The notes: generated by a model not told the origin, from the letters alone. 64,000 nt of DNA from Candidatus Nealsonbacteria bacterium (GCA_026396115.1 JAPLXL010000001.1:2761-66760); one strand, 5' to 3'; positions 26,306 to 35,885 are shown, counted from the stretch's first letter. Program-made: numbers and translations.

Positions 26306-27007
26306 TTATAGATTGGTGTATTCACTTCGCTCAAATGAATCTATCAGATATTTATCTCCGCTCTTAACCACAGTTAAGGTTTCGTCAAAATATCCTACCT
26401 TGCCCTGTCCGGTATATTCTTCGTAGATTCTTACTTTGAATTTAAATTGGGCTCCATCCAATTTTTCTCTCTCCAAAATCTCAAAATCAGCAAAATGAGG
26501 ATTGGAAAGCCCTGCCAAAGGAAAATCGCGCTGCAAAAGATACTGCACCTTGGCGTTATCAGTGAACCAAGATAAAGCCGCTTCTTCATTTCTCTGCAAG
26601 CGAGCTTCCAGAAAGGCAATGACCGAGGATTCGGTCAATCTTTCTTCCTTTGACTTTTCAACCACATTATAACACTCTTCTTTACTATGAACTCCATTAA
26701 ATTCTTTAATCTCGCTGCACGCCTCTTTTGCTTTTTCTGCATCATAAAAAGAAACTGCTTGGGCAATATATTCAAAACAACTGTCTTTTTTAGGAACATC
26801 TTCCATCTCTCGACATAGTTGCATTGCTTTTTCAAAATCAGAATTTTCTGGGTTGGAAAAAATAGTATCCATCATTTCATAAAAATTACAGATATTCTTT
26901 CCGTAAATCAGTTTGCATTTAGCGCGTTTATCCAAAGAAAACCAAATACCGATCAATATAATCCCGATAACAAATAAAGCAATGATAACTTTTAATACAA
27001 TTTTCAT
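26306..27007 (-). CDS. Hypothetical membrane-anchored protein
   Basis: 233-aa ORF with an N-terminal TM segment (VIIALFVIGIILIGIWF). No family recognised. Confidence 0.55.
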   Translation of the reverse strand: MKIVLKVIIALFVIGIILIGIWFSLDKRAKCKLIYGKNICNFYEMMDTIFSNPENSDFEKAMQLCREMEDVPKKDSCFEYIAQAVSFYDAEKAKEACSEIKEFNGVHSKEECYNVVEKSKEERLTESSVIAFLEARLQRNEEAALSWFTDNAKVQYLLQRDFPLAGLSNPHFADFEILEREKLDGAQFKFKVRIYEEYTGQGKVGYFDETLTVVKSGDKYLIDSFERSEYTNL

Positions 27008-27155
27008 CTCAATTTTATTCTACCAAAAAACCGCCTGATTGGCGAGAAATAAAAACTGCCCAGCGATGGGCTTTTTATTTTAACGCAGCTTAATCTGGGT
27101 TTAATCTTAATATGAAAACTTTGTTTTTTTTATTAAGCGTTATATAATTTAATCA

Positions 27156-27731
27156 ATGGTGGATATAAAAAAATGTACAAATTTTAATTTATTGTCACAA
27201 AAGTATTGTTTGGAAAATAAAATTAGGGACCAAAGAAGCTTCACTTTAATAGAACTTTTAGTGGTAATTGCAATTATTGGTTTGCTATCCTCAATAGTCT
27301 TAGTTGCTTTAACCCCTGCCCGGGCCAAAGCTCGCGATGGTCGCAGAATGACAGAAATAAATCAATTTTATAAGCTTTTAGAAGTATGTTATTCAGAAAC
27401 AGGGGGGTATCCATCTTCCGATGACATATGGGACAGTTCTGGTCTGGGCTGGAAATACGGTTTTTCCTGCGGACCTTGCTATGGAAATTTTGATAATGCT
27501 ATTAAACAGTGTACCGACGCCAAACTTAAAGATCCCATCAACGTAGACCCGCTAGCATATTACTATTTTTATTTTGAGCCCACTGCTACAACCTATAACG
27601 GTGTACCTATTAACGATATTTGCAAAGGTCATTATGCACTGATGACACATCTGGAATCACCCACTTATCAAAACGGTATATGTTTTGACGAACCTAATCA
27701 ATATGAATATTGGGCAGTTCTCGGCTACTGA
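27156..27731 (+). CDS. Type IV pilin-like / pseudopilin protein (prepilin-type N-terminal helix)
   Basis: RSFTLIELLVVIAIIGLLSSIVLVAL is a class III signal-like motif. The long 28-aa leader makes the start uncertain. Confidence 0.75.
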   Translation: MVDIKKCTNFNLLSQKYCLENKIRDQRSFTLIELLVVIAIIGLLSSIVLVALTPARAKARDGRRMTEINQFYKLLEVCYSETGGYPSSDDIWDSSGLGWKYGFSCGPCYGNFDNAIKQCTDAKLKDPINVDPLAYYYFYFEPTATTYNGVPINDICKGHYALMTHLESPTYQNGICFDEPNQYEYWAVLGY

Positions 27732-27880
27732 AAATTATAGAAAACTTCTTTAATCTTTAAAAGTTTCAAAAGTTTCTCCTTTAACACGAGAAAGAATAAT
27801 AAGAATTAGTAATAATTAAATAAAAATTGCCCAGCGAAGGCTTTTTGTTTTATGACAGCCTTTTGATATACTAAAGTAAT

Positions 27881-29419
27881 ATGCCGTCAAAAGTTTTTTC
27901 AGCCGCTCTCACGGGCTTAAACGCTCAAATTGTTGAAGTAGAAGTAGATGCTTCTTACGGCCTTCCATCTTTTAATATCGTTGGCTTGCCGGACAAGGCC
28001 ATCCAGGAATCAAAAGAGAGAGTGGCTTCAGCCATAAAAAGCTCGGGCTTTCAATCTCCCCACCAACAACCTATCAGGACTTTGGTTTCTCTGGCTCCGG
28101 CAGATTTAAAAAAAGAAGGTTCTCTATATGACCTGCCAATTTCTTTGGGTTTTTTATTTGCCACAAAACAAATAAAATTCGACTTCCAAAGTCGCATTTT
28201 TGTTGGGGAATTGGCTTTAGACGGAAATTTAAGGCCAATAAAAGGGGCTCTTTCTTTTGCTTTAGCGGCAAAAGAAAATGGTTTTAAAGAAATAATTTTG
28301 CCTTGGTCAAATTCTGCCGAAGCAGCCTTAATAAAAGAAATAAAAACAATCGGGGTCAAAAACTTAAAAGAAACAATCGATTATTTGTTGGGCAAAAAAG
28401 AAATATCCCAAACTAAAATAAATCCCAAAGGATTTCTTGACAAAGAAGATTATCCAATAGACCTTGGCTGGATAAAAGGGCAAGAATATGCCAAAAGAGC
28501 TTTGGAAATCTCAGCTGCCGGCTCCCACCATCTCTTAATGACTGGCCCTCCGGGAGCTGGCAAGTCTATTTTAGCCAAATCTCTCTCTTCGATTTTACCT
28601 CCTCTTTCTTTTGAAGAAGCTTTGGAAGTAAGCAAAATTTATAGCGTGGTTGGTCTTCTACCAGAAGAAAAACCTTTAATTAGTCAAAGGCCTTTCCGCT
28701 CTCCTCATCATACTGCCTCAGAAGTTGCTTTAATCGGCGGCGGCAATCCGCCGAAGCCGGGTGAAATAACTTTGGCCCACAGAGGAGTTTTATTTTTAGA
28801 TGAATTCCCGGAATTCCACCGCGATGCTTTAGAATCCTTACGCCAGCCGATTGAGGAAGGGGAAATTACAATTTTAAGATCAAAGCATTATCTTAAATTT
28901 CCTAGCCGCTTTACGCTCGTGGCTGCTGCCAACCCCTGTCCTTGCGGCTATTTTGGCGACCCGGAAAAAGAATGCAAATGCTATCCTTCACAGATTCAAA
29001 ACTATAGAAGAAAGCTTTCAGGACCCCTGATGGACAGAATTGATATTTTTGTTACCGTGCCTCAATTAAAATACGATAAACTGACTGCTCCGGACGAAGA
29101 AAATTCCAGTAAAGTTATAAGAGAAAAAGTGGAAAAAGCAAGAGAAATTCAAAGAGAAAGGTTTACCGAGCACATAAATCGTTATGTGCTCGGGTTAACC
29201 AATTCTGAAATGGATATCCCAAAAATAAAAAAATACTGCCAAATTGACAGTAAATCAGAAGGACTTTTGAGAAAATATGTTGATTCTGGCAAACTATCTG
29301 CCAGAGGATACCACCGCGTCTTAAAAGTGGGCCGGACAATCGCTGACTTGGATAATTCGGAGAACATCCAATACAATCATCTCTCAGAGGCCTTAATGTA
29401 TAGAATCAGGGAAGATTAA
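27881..29419 (+). CDS. YifB/ComM-family Mg-chelatase-like AAA+ ATPase
   Basis: N-terminal Lon-like domain MPSKVFSAALTGLNAQIVEVEVD..., Walker A GPPGAGKS, GVLFLDEFPEF, and a C-terminal CPCGY Zn motif. Confidence 0.9.
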   Translation: MPSKVFSAALTGLNAQIVEVEVDASYGLPSFNIVGLPDKAIQESKERVASAIKSSGFQSPHQQPIRTLVSLAPADLKKEGSLYDLPISLGFLFATKQIKFDFQSRIFVGELALDGNLRPIKGALSFALAAKENGFKEIILPWSNSAEAALIKEIKTIGVKNLKETIDYLLGKKEISQTKINPKGFLDKEDYPIDLGWIKGQEYAKRALEISAAGSHHLLMTGPPGAGKSILAKSLSSILPPLSFEEALEVSKIYSVVGLLPEEKPLISQRPFRSPHHTASEVALIGGGNPPKPGEITLAHRGVLFLDEFPEFHRDALESLRQPIEEGEITILRSKHYLKFPSRFTLVAAANPCPCGYFGDPEKECKCYPSQIQNYRRKLSGPLMDRIDIFVTVPQLKYDKLTAPDEENSSKVIREKVEKAREIQRERFTEHINRYVLGLTNSEMDIPKIKKYCQIDSKSEGLLRKYVDSGKLSARGYHRVLKVGRTIADLDNSENIQYNHLSEALMYRIRED

Positions 29420-29421
29420 AA

Positions 29422-30543
29422 TTACCGAGCAAAAGGATTCCTGGCGCCCGTTACTCCGAAATGCACATGACAACCGGTTGAAAGCCCTACTCCCGCAGTG
29501 CCGGGCTGGCCACCCATTAAAGCAATTCTATCGCCCTGAGAAACCCTGTCTCCCGGCTTAACCAAGCTTGCGCTAATATGACCATACATTGTTACCACAC
29601 CGTTAGGATGCAATATTGTTATATGATTTCCGGCTCCACCAAAAGCCCAGCGAGAAGTAGAACTGGTTAAAGCAACTTTAAGAACTTGTCCGGCTGCTGC
29701 AGCGTAAATTGGGTCTCCGCATTTGCCGTCAAAATCAATTGCATTGTACCAATGAAGTCCTTGGGTAATACGGCAAGCTGAATGGGGACATATAAAATAA
29801 GTGTTGGCCAAAGGAACGCTAACAGGGGCAGGCGATAGCTTTACAGGAGGGGGCGGCATTACGCCATTGGGAACAATGATAATATCTCCGACATAGATAT
29901 CGTTTTCATCAAGAAGATAGTTAAAAGCGACTATTTCTTCTGTTTTTCCTTTATAGGTTTCAACAATTCCGGAAACAGTATCCCCGGATTTAACATGATG
30001 AATTACTCCGGAAACCGGCAAAATAACCAGCTTTCGACCTACTTTCAATATTGAATTTTTATTCAGATCATTTGCCCAGAGAATGGTATCCAAAGAAATA
30101 TTAAATTTGGCAGCCAAAGACGACAAAGTGTCTCCGCTCTCAACAATATACTCGGTAATCACCATTTTTACATCTTCTGGCTCATAACCCGCAATCAAAG
30201 AACCCAGAACCTGAGAAGAAAAAGTGGTGGGAGGAGAAGAAGCTTTAAGACTGGAATTTTCCACTAAAAGAAATTCTGGTGATTCCGGCAAAAATCTTTT
30301 TGTCGGACTAACAAATAAATTGTCTTTTTCTGACTCTTCAAAACCTATTATTTTAGAAATATTAGCTAAATAAAAATCGTTTTTGCCAGCCAAAGATTTT
30401 ACGATTAAGCCCGAATCCGCAGAAACAAAAATAAACAAAAAAACAGCGATTATCCTTAAACAAAGACAAGGGGTCTTTGGGGAACCCTTGATTTTTCTTC
30501 TCAGATTATTTAAAAGTTTTTTACTACGCAAATAGTCCAGCAT
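29422..30543 (-). CDS. LysM-domain M23-family metallopeptidase
   Basis: Two LysM-like modules (GDTLSSLAAKFNISLDTILWAN; GDTVSGIVETYKG) and the M23 motifs HPNGVVTMYGH and GCHVHFGV. Confidence 0.85.
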   Translation of the reverse strand: MLDYLRSKKLLNNLRRKIKGSPKTPCLCLRIIAVFLFIFVSADSGLIVKSLAGKNDFYLANISKIIGFEESEKDNLFVSPTKRFLPESPEFLLVENSSLKASSPPTTFSSQVLGSLIAGYEPEDVKMVITEYIVESGDTLSSLAAKFNISLDTILWANDLNKNSILKVGRKLVILPVSGVIHHVKSGDTVSGIVETYKGKTEEIVAFNYLLDENDIYVGDIIIVPNGVMPPPPVKLSPAPVSVPLANTYFICPHSACRITQGLHWYNAIDFDGKCGDPIYAAAAGQVLKVALTSSTSRWAFGGAGNHITILHPNGVVTMYGHISASLVKPGDRVSQGDRIALMGGQPGTAGVGLSTGCHVHFGVTGARNPFAR

Positions 30544-30645
30544 TGATAAATGACGAACTTCTTTTAATTTAACCTTTTGAGATAAGAAGTCAAGGGTTTC
30601 AAGATTAGTTTTCCACAGCCCTGAAATTAGTGCTAAAATGATTAA

Positions 30646-31488
30646 ATGGGCTTATTTTCAAAAAGAAATATTAAAAACTTGCTCGAAAAACATAAAATTC
30701 AACCCTCAAAAGGGTTGGGACAGAATTTTCTGATTGATAAAGAGGTTGTCAAAAAGTTTATTGAATCAGCTGAACTCAAACCGAATGATGTTGTTTTGGA
30801 AATTGGTCCTGGTCTTGGCGTTCTAACTCAGGAATTGGCTAAAAAAGCGGGGAGAGTAATTGCTGTGGAAAAAGATCCAAACATGGTAAAAGTTCTAAAG
30901 GAATTGTTGGACTGTTGGAATGCTAGAAATGTTAGAGTTGTCAAAGACGATATTTTAAAAATTAATCCTAAATACTATATAATACCGAATACTAAATACA
31001 AAATTGTTGCTAATCTGCCTTTTTATCTGACGGCTCCGGTAATTAGAAAGTTTTTAGAGTCAAATTATCAGCCAAGAGAAATGATTCTAATGGTTCAAAA
31101 AGAAGTAGGGCAAAGAATTTGTGCAAAGCCGCCGGACATGAGCCTTCTGGCGGTTTCCGTTCAAATTTATGCCAAACCCGAAATCATTTCTTATATCTCC
31201 AAGAACTCCTTTTGGCCGAAACCTAAAGTTGACAGTGCGATTATACGAATCGCACCGCTGATTAACACTGATAGAAAGCTGATTAACGCTGATTTGTTTT
31301 TTAAAATTGTCAGGGCCGGGTTTTCCCAACCCAGGAAGCAATTATTGAACAATTTGTCAAAGACTCTAAAATTCAACAAGGAAAAAACAAAGTCTTGGCT
31401 TTTGAAAAATAAAATTCAGCCTATCCAAAGAGCAGAAACTCTTAAGATTTGCGACTGGATTAACTTAACTAAAAGTTTTACGTTATAA
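30646..31488 (+). CDS. rsmA: 16S rRNA (adenine1518/1519-N6)-dimethyltransferase
   Basis: GQNFLIDKEVVKKFIESA...VLEIGPGLGVLTQELA. Confidence 0.9.
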   Translation: MGLFSKRNIKNLLEKHKIQPSKGLGQNFLIDKEVVKKFIESAELKPNDVVLEIGPGLGVLTQELAKKAGRVIAVEKDPNMVKVLKELLDCWNARNVRVVKDDILKINPKYYIIPNTKYKIVANLPFYLTAPVIRKFLESNYQPREMILMVQKEVGQRICAKPPDMSLLAVSVQIYAKPEIISYISKNSFWPKPKVDSAIIRIAPLINTDRKLINADLFFKIVRAGFSQPRKQLLNNLSKTLKFNKEKTKSWLLKNKIQPIQRAETLKICDWINLTKSFTL

Positions 31489-31533
31489 ATAAAACAGAGT
31501 TTTGATATGTCAGACAAAGCCTGTTATAATAGA

Positions 31534-31630
31534 GTCGAAGAGATAAATCTCTTCTTCAACTACCGAAGCTTTAGCTGAGGTGGAGAAGAAGAAATCTTCT
31601 TCGACTTCGCTTCCTTCGGAAGCTCGATAA
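31534..31630 (+). repeat. Family-1 mini-element, long form, 16 nt upstream of the ATG at 31647
   Basis: Its core is the reverse complement of the 61-nt block shared by 19661-19721 and 59671-59731 (a few mismatches). It ends CTTCC-TTC-GGAAG CTCGATAA. Confidence 0.85.
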
Positions 31631-31646
31631 TTGAAAATTAATTATT

Positions 31647-32069
31647 ATGAGATTTACTATTCCACAATTTATTGAACATGAAGCAAAAATCATCGGACCC
31701 TTGACTTTTAAACAGGTTATTTTTATTGGAACGGCTGGAGTTATTTGTTTTATTCTTTATTTTTTGGTACCTTTTTCGGTCTTCTTGGTTGCTTGTGTTA
31801 TCCTGGTAGGCGGGGGAATTGCCTTGGCTTTCTTGAAAATCGGTGGCAGATCTTTACCTTTAACTTTAGTCAACTTCTTGAAATTCAGCGTTATGCCCAA
31901 AATCTATATTTGGAAAAAAAGAGAGCAATCAGGGATAAATGTTTATAAAAAGAAAACGGAGTTCCGCGCAGCTTTATCTGTAGAGAAGGGCGAAGAGTCA
32001 CCTTTGAAAATCGGAGGGAAAAGCCAACTTAAAAAATTACACAATGAAATTGAAATTAAAACAAAATAA
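31647..32069 (+). CDS. PrgI-family membrane protein (T4SS-associated)
   Basis: MRFTIPQFIEHEAKIIGPLTFKQVIFIG plus two TM helices. It lies immediately upstream of a VirB4-like ATPase. Confidence 0.65.
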   Translation: MRFTIPQFIEHEAKIIGPLTFKQVIFIGTAGVICFILYFLVPFSVFLVACVILVGGGIALAFLKIGGRSLPLTLVNFLKFSVMPKIYIWKKREQSGINVYKKKTEFRAALSVEKGEESPLKIGGKSQLKKLHNEIEIKTK

Positions 32070-32072
32070 TTT

Positions 32073-32693
32073 ATGGCAGAAGTATCGACCCAACAGTTTT
32101 TAGAAATTGAACAAATAAGAGAAGGGGTTTTACTCTTAAAAAATAAATCTCTCAGGGGTGTTTTAATGATCTCCTCTTTGAATTTTGCTTTAAAATCGGC
32201 CGACGAACAACAAGCGATTATTTATCAGTTCCAGAATTTTTTAAACTCTTTGGACTTTCCTGTTGAAATTGTTGTTCAGTCCAGGATTCTAAACATTACC
32301 GGCTACCTGGATAAATTAAAAGAGATAGAGACAGCTCAGAAAAATGAACTAATGAAAATTCAAACCGCTGAATATAGAAAATTTATCAGCGACTTGGTTG
32401 CCGGTCGGCAAATTCTTTCCAAAATCTTTTTTGTCACGATACCTTTTACTTTAATTGAAATTCCAAAAATAGGAATCAAAAAAGAATCCGGTTTTAACGA
32501 AGGACAGTTTCAAAGAGCCAAATCCCAATTGTGGCAAAGAATGGAGTTTGCGGCTTTGGGATTAAGAAGATGCGGACTACAATGTTCCTTTCTTAATACC
32601 CAGGAATTAATTGAGCTTTTTTGGAGCTTGTATCACCCGGAAGAAGCTGAGGTTGGTTATTACCCTGAAATCCCGCCTGAAATAATTAGATAA
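32073..32693 (+). CDS. Hypothetical protein between the PrgI-like and VirB4-like genes
   Basis: 206-aa ORF, with a 3-nt gap to the upstream gene. Confidence 0.55.
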   Translation: MAEVSTQQFLEIEQIREGVLLLKNKSLRGVLMISSLNFALKSADEQQAIIYQFQNFLNSLDFPVEIVVQSRILNITGYLDKLKEIETAQKNELMKIQTAEYRKFISDLVAGRQILSKIFFVTIPFTLIEIPKIGIKKESGFNEGQFQRAKSQLWQRMEFAALGLRRCGLQCSFLNTQELIELFWSLYHPEEAEVGYYPEIPPEIIR

Positions 32694-32697
32694 TTAA

Positions 32698-32798
32698 GGC
32701 GAAGAGGACTTCGTCCGTTGAGTCAAAGACGAGACGAAAGAAGAAAAACTTTTCTTCGCACTCTTTTCCACCTTCGTCCCGTAAACGGGACTCGCTAT
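32698..32798 (+). repeat. Family-1 mini-element, long form, ending at the ATG at 32799
   Basis: It is near-identical to the reverse complement of 59721-59794 and ends TCCCG-TAAA-CGGGA CTCGCTAT, then ATG. Confidence 0.85.
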
Positions 32799-34595
32799 AT
32801 GAAATTTCCTTTTTTAAAAAAGAAAAAAACTATCGAGATGCCGGAAAAAATTTTTGAGGCATCAACAATAGAAGCAAAAGACATTATTGCTCCTTCTTCG
32901 ATTGAAATAAAGCCCGACCATATAAAATTGGGTGAAAGGTTTACCAAATCATTTTTTATTTTTTCTTATCCAAGATATTTAAGCACTGCCTGGCTGTCAC
33001 CGGTAATCAATCTTGATCAGCCGATGGACATTAGCTTTCATGCCCACCCGATCGATACAGGACAGGTTTTAAAACAATTAAGAAAGAAAGTGACAGAAGT
33101 TCAGGCTGAAATTATGGAAAAAGAAGAAAAAGGGCTAATAAGAGATCCTGTCTTAGAAACTGCTTATCAGGATTTAGAAAACTTAAGAGACAGTCTGCAA
33201 ACTGCCCAAGAGAAAATGTTTAAAATTGGCCTTTATTTAACTGTCTATGGAAAAACTCTCGAAGAAATAAAAGAAGTAGAAATAACTTTAAGATCAATTC
33301 TGGAATCAAGGTTAATTTATATTAAACCTACCCTTTACCAGCAAAAAGAAGGATTTAATTCAACCTCGCCTTATGGATTAGACCAAATTCAAGTCCACAC
33401 CTCAATGAACACAGAGCCCCTGTCCTCTATCTTTCCTTTTACCTCTTTTGATTTGAGTTCCAACGATGGAATTTTATACGGAATAAACATGCATAATAAT
33501 TCTTTGATTTTGTTTGACAGATTTAGTTTAGAAAATGCCAATGAGGTTCTTTTTGGAAAAGCCGGCTCTGGAAAAAGCTATTGCATTAAATTAGAGATTT
33601 TAAGATCTCTGATGTTAGGAGTCGACGTAATTGTTTTAGATCCAGAAAATGAGTACAAAACATTATCTGATGCTGTTGGTGGTTCCTTCTTTAATATCTC
33701 TTTGGCCAGTCCAAACCATATTAATCCTTTTGATTTGCCGATTCCCAGAGAAGATGAAGAACCGGAAGATGTTTTAAGGTCGAATATTATTAACTTAGTT
33801 GGTTTATTAAGAATTATGTTGGGCGGCTTGTCTCCGGAGGAAGACGGAATTGTTGACAGGGCTCTGACTGAAACTTATGCTGCCAAAGATATCACCCCGG
33901 AAACAGACCCTGCCACCTGGAAAGACAAAATTCCTTTAATGTCTGATTTTGAACAAGTTCTTGAAGGAATGGAAGGGGCAGAATCCTTAGTTAGGAGAGT
34001 GAGAAAATTCACCAAAGGAACTTTTGCCCAATTTTTCAATCAGCCAACCAATATTTCTATGGAAAAACCCTTTGTTGCTTTTGGGATAAGAGATATGGAA
34101 GACGAATTAAGACCAATGGCCATGTTTATAATTATAAGATACATCTGGAATAAGGTCAGATCGGAGATGAAAAAAAGAATTTTGGTTGTTGATGAGGCCT
34201 GGTGGCTAATGCGGACGGAAGATAGCGCTTCTTTTCTTTTTGGAATGTGTAAAAGAGCAAGAAAATACTGGCTGGGAGTGACAACTATAACCCAGGACGT
34301 TAACGATTTTATGAAATCAGAATACGGTAAACCGATTATTACCAATTCTTCTCTTCAATTTCTAATGAAACAATCTCCGGCCACCATTGAGATCATTCAA
34401 AAAACTTTTAACTTGACAGACGAAGAAAAATATTTGTTATTAGAGTGCGAAGTGGGTGAAGGAATATTTTTTGCCGGGCAAAAACGCGTGGCCATAAAAG
34501 TGATGGCTTCTTATGCCGAAGACCAGTTTATCACCACCTCTCCGGAAGAAATAGTAAAAATAAAAAGGGCCAAACGAGAATTAGCCGGAGAATAA
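32799..34595 (+). CDS. VirB4/TraC-like T4SS ATPase (DUF87-type P-loop)
   Basis: Walker A GKAGSGKSY and Walker B ILVVDEAWWL. The start is moved to MKFPFLKKKK because the 27 upstream codons in the track ORF lie in the repeat element. Confidence 0.8.
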   Translation: MKFPFLKKKKTIEMPEKIFEASTIEAKDIIAPSSIEIKPDHIKLGERFTKSFFIFSYPRYLSTAWLSPVINLDQPMDISFHAHPIDTGQVLKQLRKKVTEVQAEIMEKEEKGLIRDPVLETAYQDLENLRDSLQTAQEKMFKIGLYLTVYGKTLEEIKEVEITLRSILESRLIYIKPTLYQQKEGFNSTSPYGLDQIQVHTSMNTEPLSSIFPFTSFDLSSNDGILYGINMHNNSLILFDRFSLENANEVLFGKAGSGKSYCIKLEILRSLMLGVDVIVLDPENEYKTLSDAVGGSFFNISLASPNHINPFDLPIPREDEEPEDVLRSNIINLVGLLRIMLGGLSPEEDGIVDRALTETYAAKDITPETDPATWKDKIPLMSDFEQVLEGMEGAESLVRRVRKFTKGTFAQFFNQPTNISMEKPFVAFGIRDMEDELRPMAMFIIIRYIWNKVRSEMKKRILVVDEAWWLMRTEDSASFLFGMCKRARKYWLGVTTITQDVNDFMKSEYGKPIITNSSLQFLMKQSPATIEIIQKTFNLTDEEKYLLLECEVGEGIFFAGQKRVAIKVMASYAEDQFITTSPEEIVKIKRAKRELAGE

Positions 34596-34605
34596 AAAAA
34601 TATGC

Positions 34606-35088
34606 CTAAGTTCGGGGATAGGGACTAATTATTATCCTTCTTTCTGGCTCCTGTCCTATACTTTCGGTGGTGACATTTTGACGATTGGCTAATTCCAGAT
34701 GAATAATTCTCCTTTCGTAAGCTGGCATCGGGGCCAGTGTTTTTTCTTTTTTACTAAGAACAACCTCATCGGCTGCTGAGAGAGCTAACTCTTTTAAATA
34801 TTCGTACTTTTTTTGCTTGTAATTGTTTATATCAAGGTTGATGTAAAAGGACTCAGCAATGGGAAGCGAGGCGAGTTTTCTTTTCAAAATTACTTTTAAC
34901 AAATGTTGAATTTCTGCCAAGGTTTGCCCTCCTTCGCCGATTAAAATTTGGGGCTCTTCGGTTCTAAGATTAATGGGGATGGTTCCTTCCTTTTCTGGTA
35001 AAACTTCAACCTCTATATCAAAAGTTGTTTTCTGGAAAAACTCTTCGGTAATTTTTTTAATTTTTTTTAGATAATTTTGATTAAGCAT
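34606..35088 (-). CDS. jag: Jag-like RNA-binding protein (KH plus R3H)
   Basis: The C-terminal region has YERRIIHLEL..NVTTESIGQEPERRIIISP (R3H). It lies downstream of yidC. Confidence 0.8.
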   Translation of the reverse strand: MLNQNYLKKIKKITEEFFQKTTFDIEVEVLPEKEGTIPINLRTEEPQILIGEGGQTLAEIQHLLKVILKRKLASLPIAESFYINLDINNYKQKKYEYLKELALSAADEVVLSKKEKTLAPMPAYERRIIHLELANRQNVTTESIGQEPERRIIISPYPRT

Positions 35089-35131
35089 ACTTTAAAATAT
35101 CAGCGTTAATCAGCGCTTAAATCAGCGTGTA

Positions 35132-35884
35132 TCAGCGTGTATCAGCGGGTGTTCGCTTCGCGAACGCTAAATATTGCTGAAAAATTGAAAAAAGGGCGGT
35201 GACTATCCAATAAAGGGCAATAGCTGAGGGCAACCTTAAAAGAATTAAAACCGTAAAAATTGGGAAAAAATAAAGCATCTGTTTTTGCATTATATTTGAA
35301 AACTGGGCCTTTTGGTCTGTTTTTTTTACCTCCCCCTCACCGGCCTGCTGACGGGGGGTTTTTGACATTAACATTTTTGATTGAAAAAATTGGCTAATTC
35401 CGGCAAAAATTGCCAGTCCAAAATTTGACTCAGCAAGATTTATCAACCCAAAGAAAATTGGATTTATCACTCCGGGATTAGGCACAAAACTGTAAAGATG
35501 ACTTATTGCCCCAGGCTGCAACCCTCTCCAAAAAACCCTATAAAGAGCGATTAAAATCGGGAGTTGAATTAAAAGGGGAAGACAACCACCGAAGGGATTA
35601 ATCTTCTCTTTTTGATAAAGGCTCATCATTTCCTTGGCTTGTTTTTCTTTGTCGTTTTTGTATTTCTGCTGGATTTCTTGGATTTTTGGCTGTAATTCAG
35701 AAAGCATTTTTTGGGATTTAATAGATTTCAGCATTAAAGGATAAAGAATGATTCTGATTATAATTGTCAAAGTAATTACGGCTATTCCAAAATCTTTTCC
35801 TGGCAGGAATTGATAAAGAAAAACTAGAGCGTTAAATAGGGGCTGATATAAAACTATATTAAAGGCACTAATAAAAAAATTCAT
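35132..35884 (-). CDS. yidC: Membrane protein insertase YidC
   Basis: GIAVITLTIIIRIILYPL, multiple TM segments, and the conserved rnpA-yidD-yidC context. Confidence 0.9.
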   Translation of the reverse strand: MNFFISAFNIVLYQPLFNALVFLYQFLPGKDFGIAVITLTIIIRIILYPLMLKSIKSQKMLSELQPKIQEIQQKYKNDKEKQAKEMMSLYQKEKINPFGGCLPLLIQLPILIALYRVFWRGLQPGAISHLYSFVPNPGVINPIFFGLINLAESNFGLAIFAGISQFFQSKMLMSKTPRQQAGEGEVKKTDQKAQFSNIMQKQMLYFFPIFTVLILLRLPSAIALYWIVTALFSIFQQYLAFAKRTPADTR

Positions 35885-35885
35885 A

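Noticed and set aside
32718-32798. N-terminal extension of the VirB4-like ORF (MSQRRDERRKTFLRTLFHLRPVNGTRY), and likewise 16593-16622 for rpsO
   Set aside because: The sequence is the family-1 repeat element itself. The conserved protein starts at the ATG immediately after the element.
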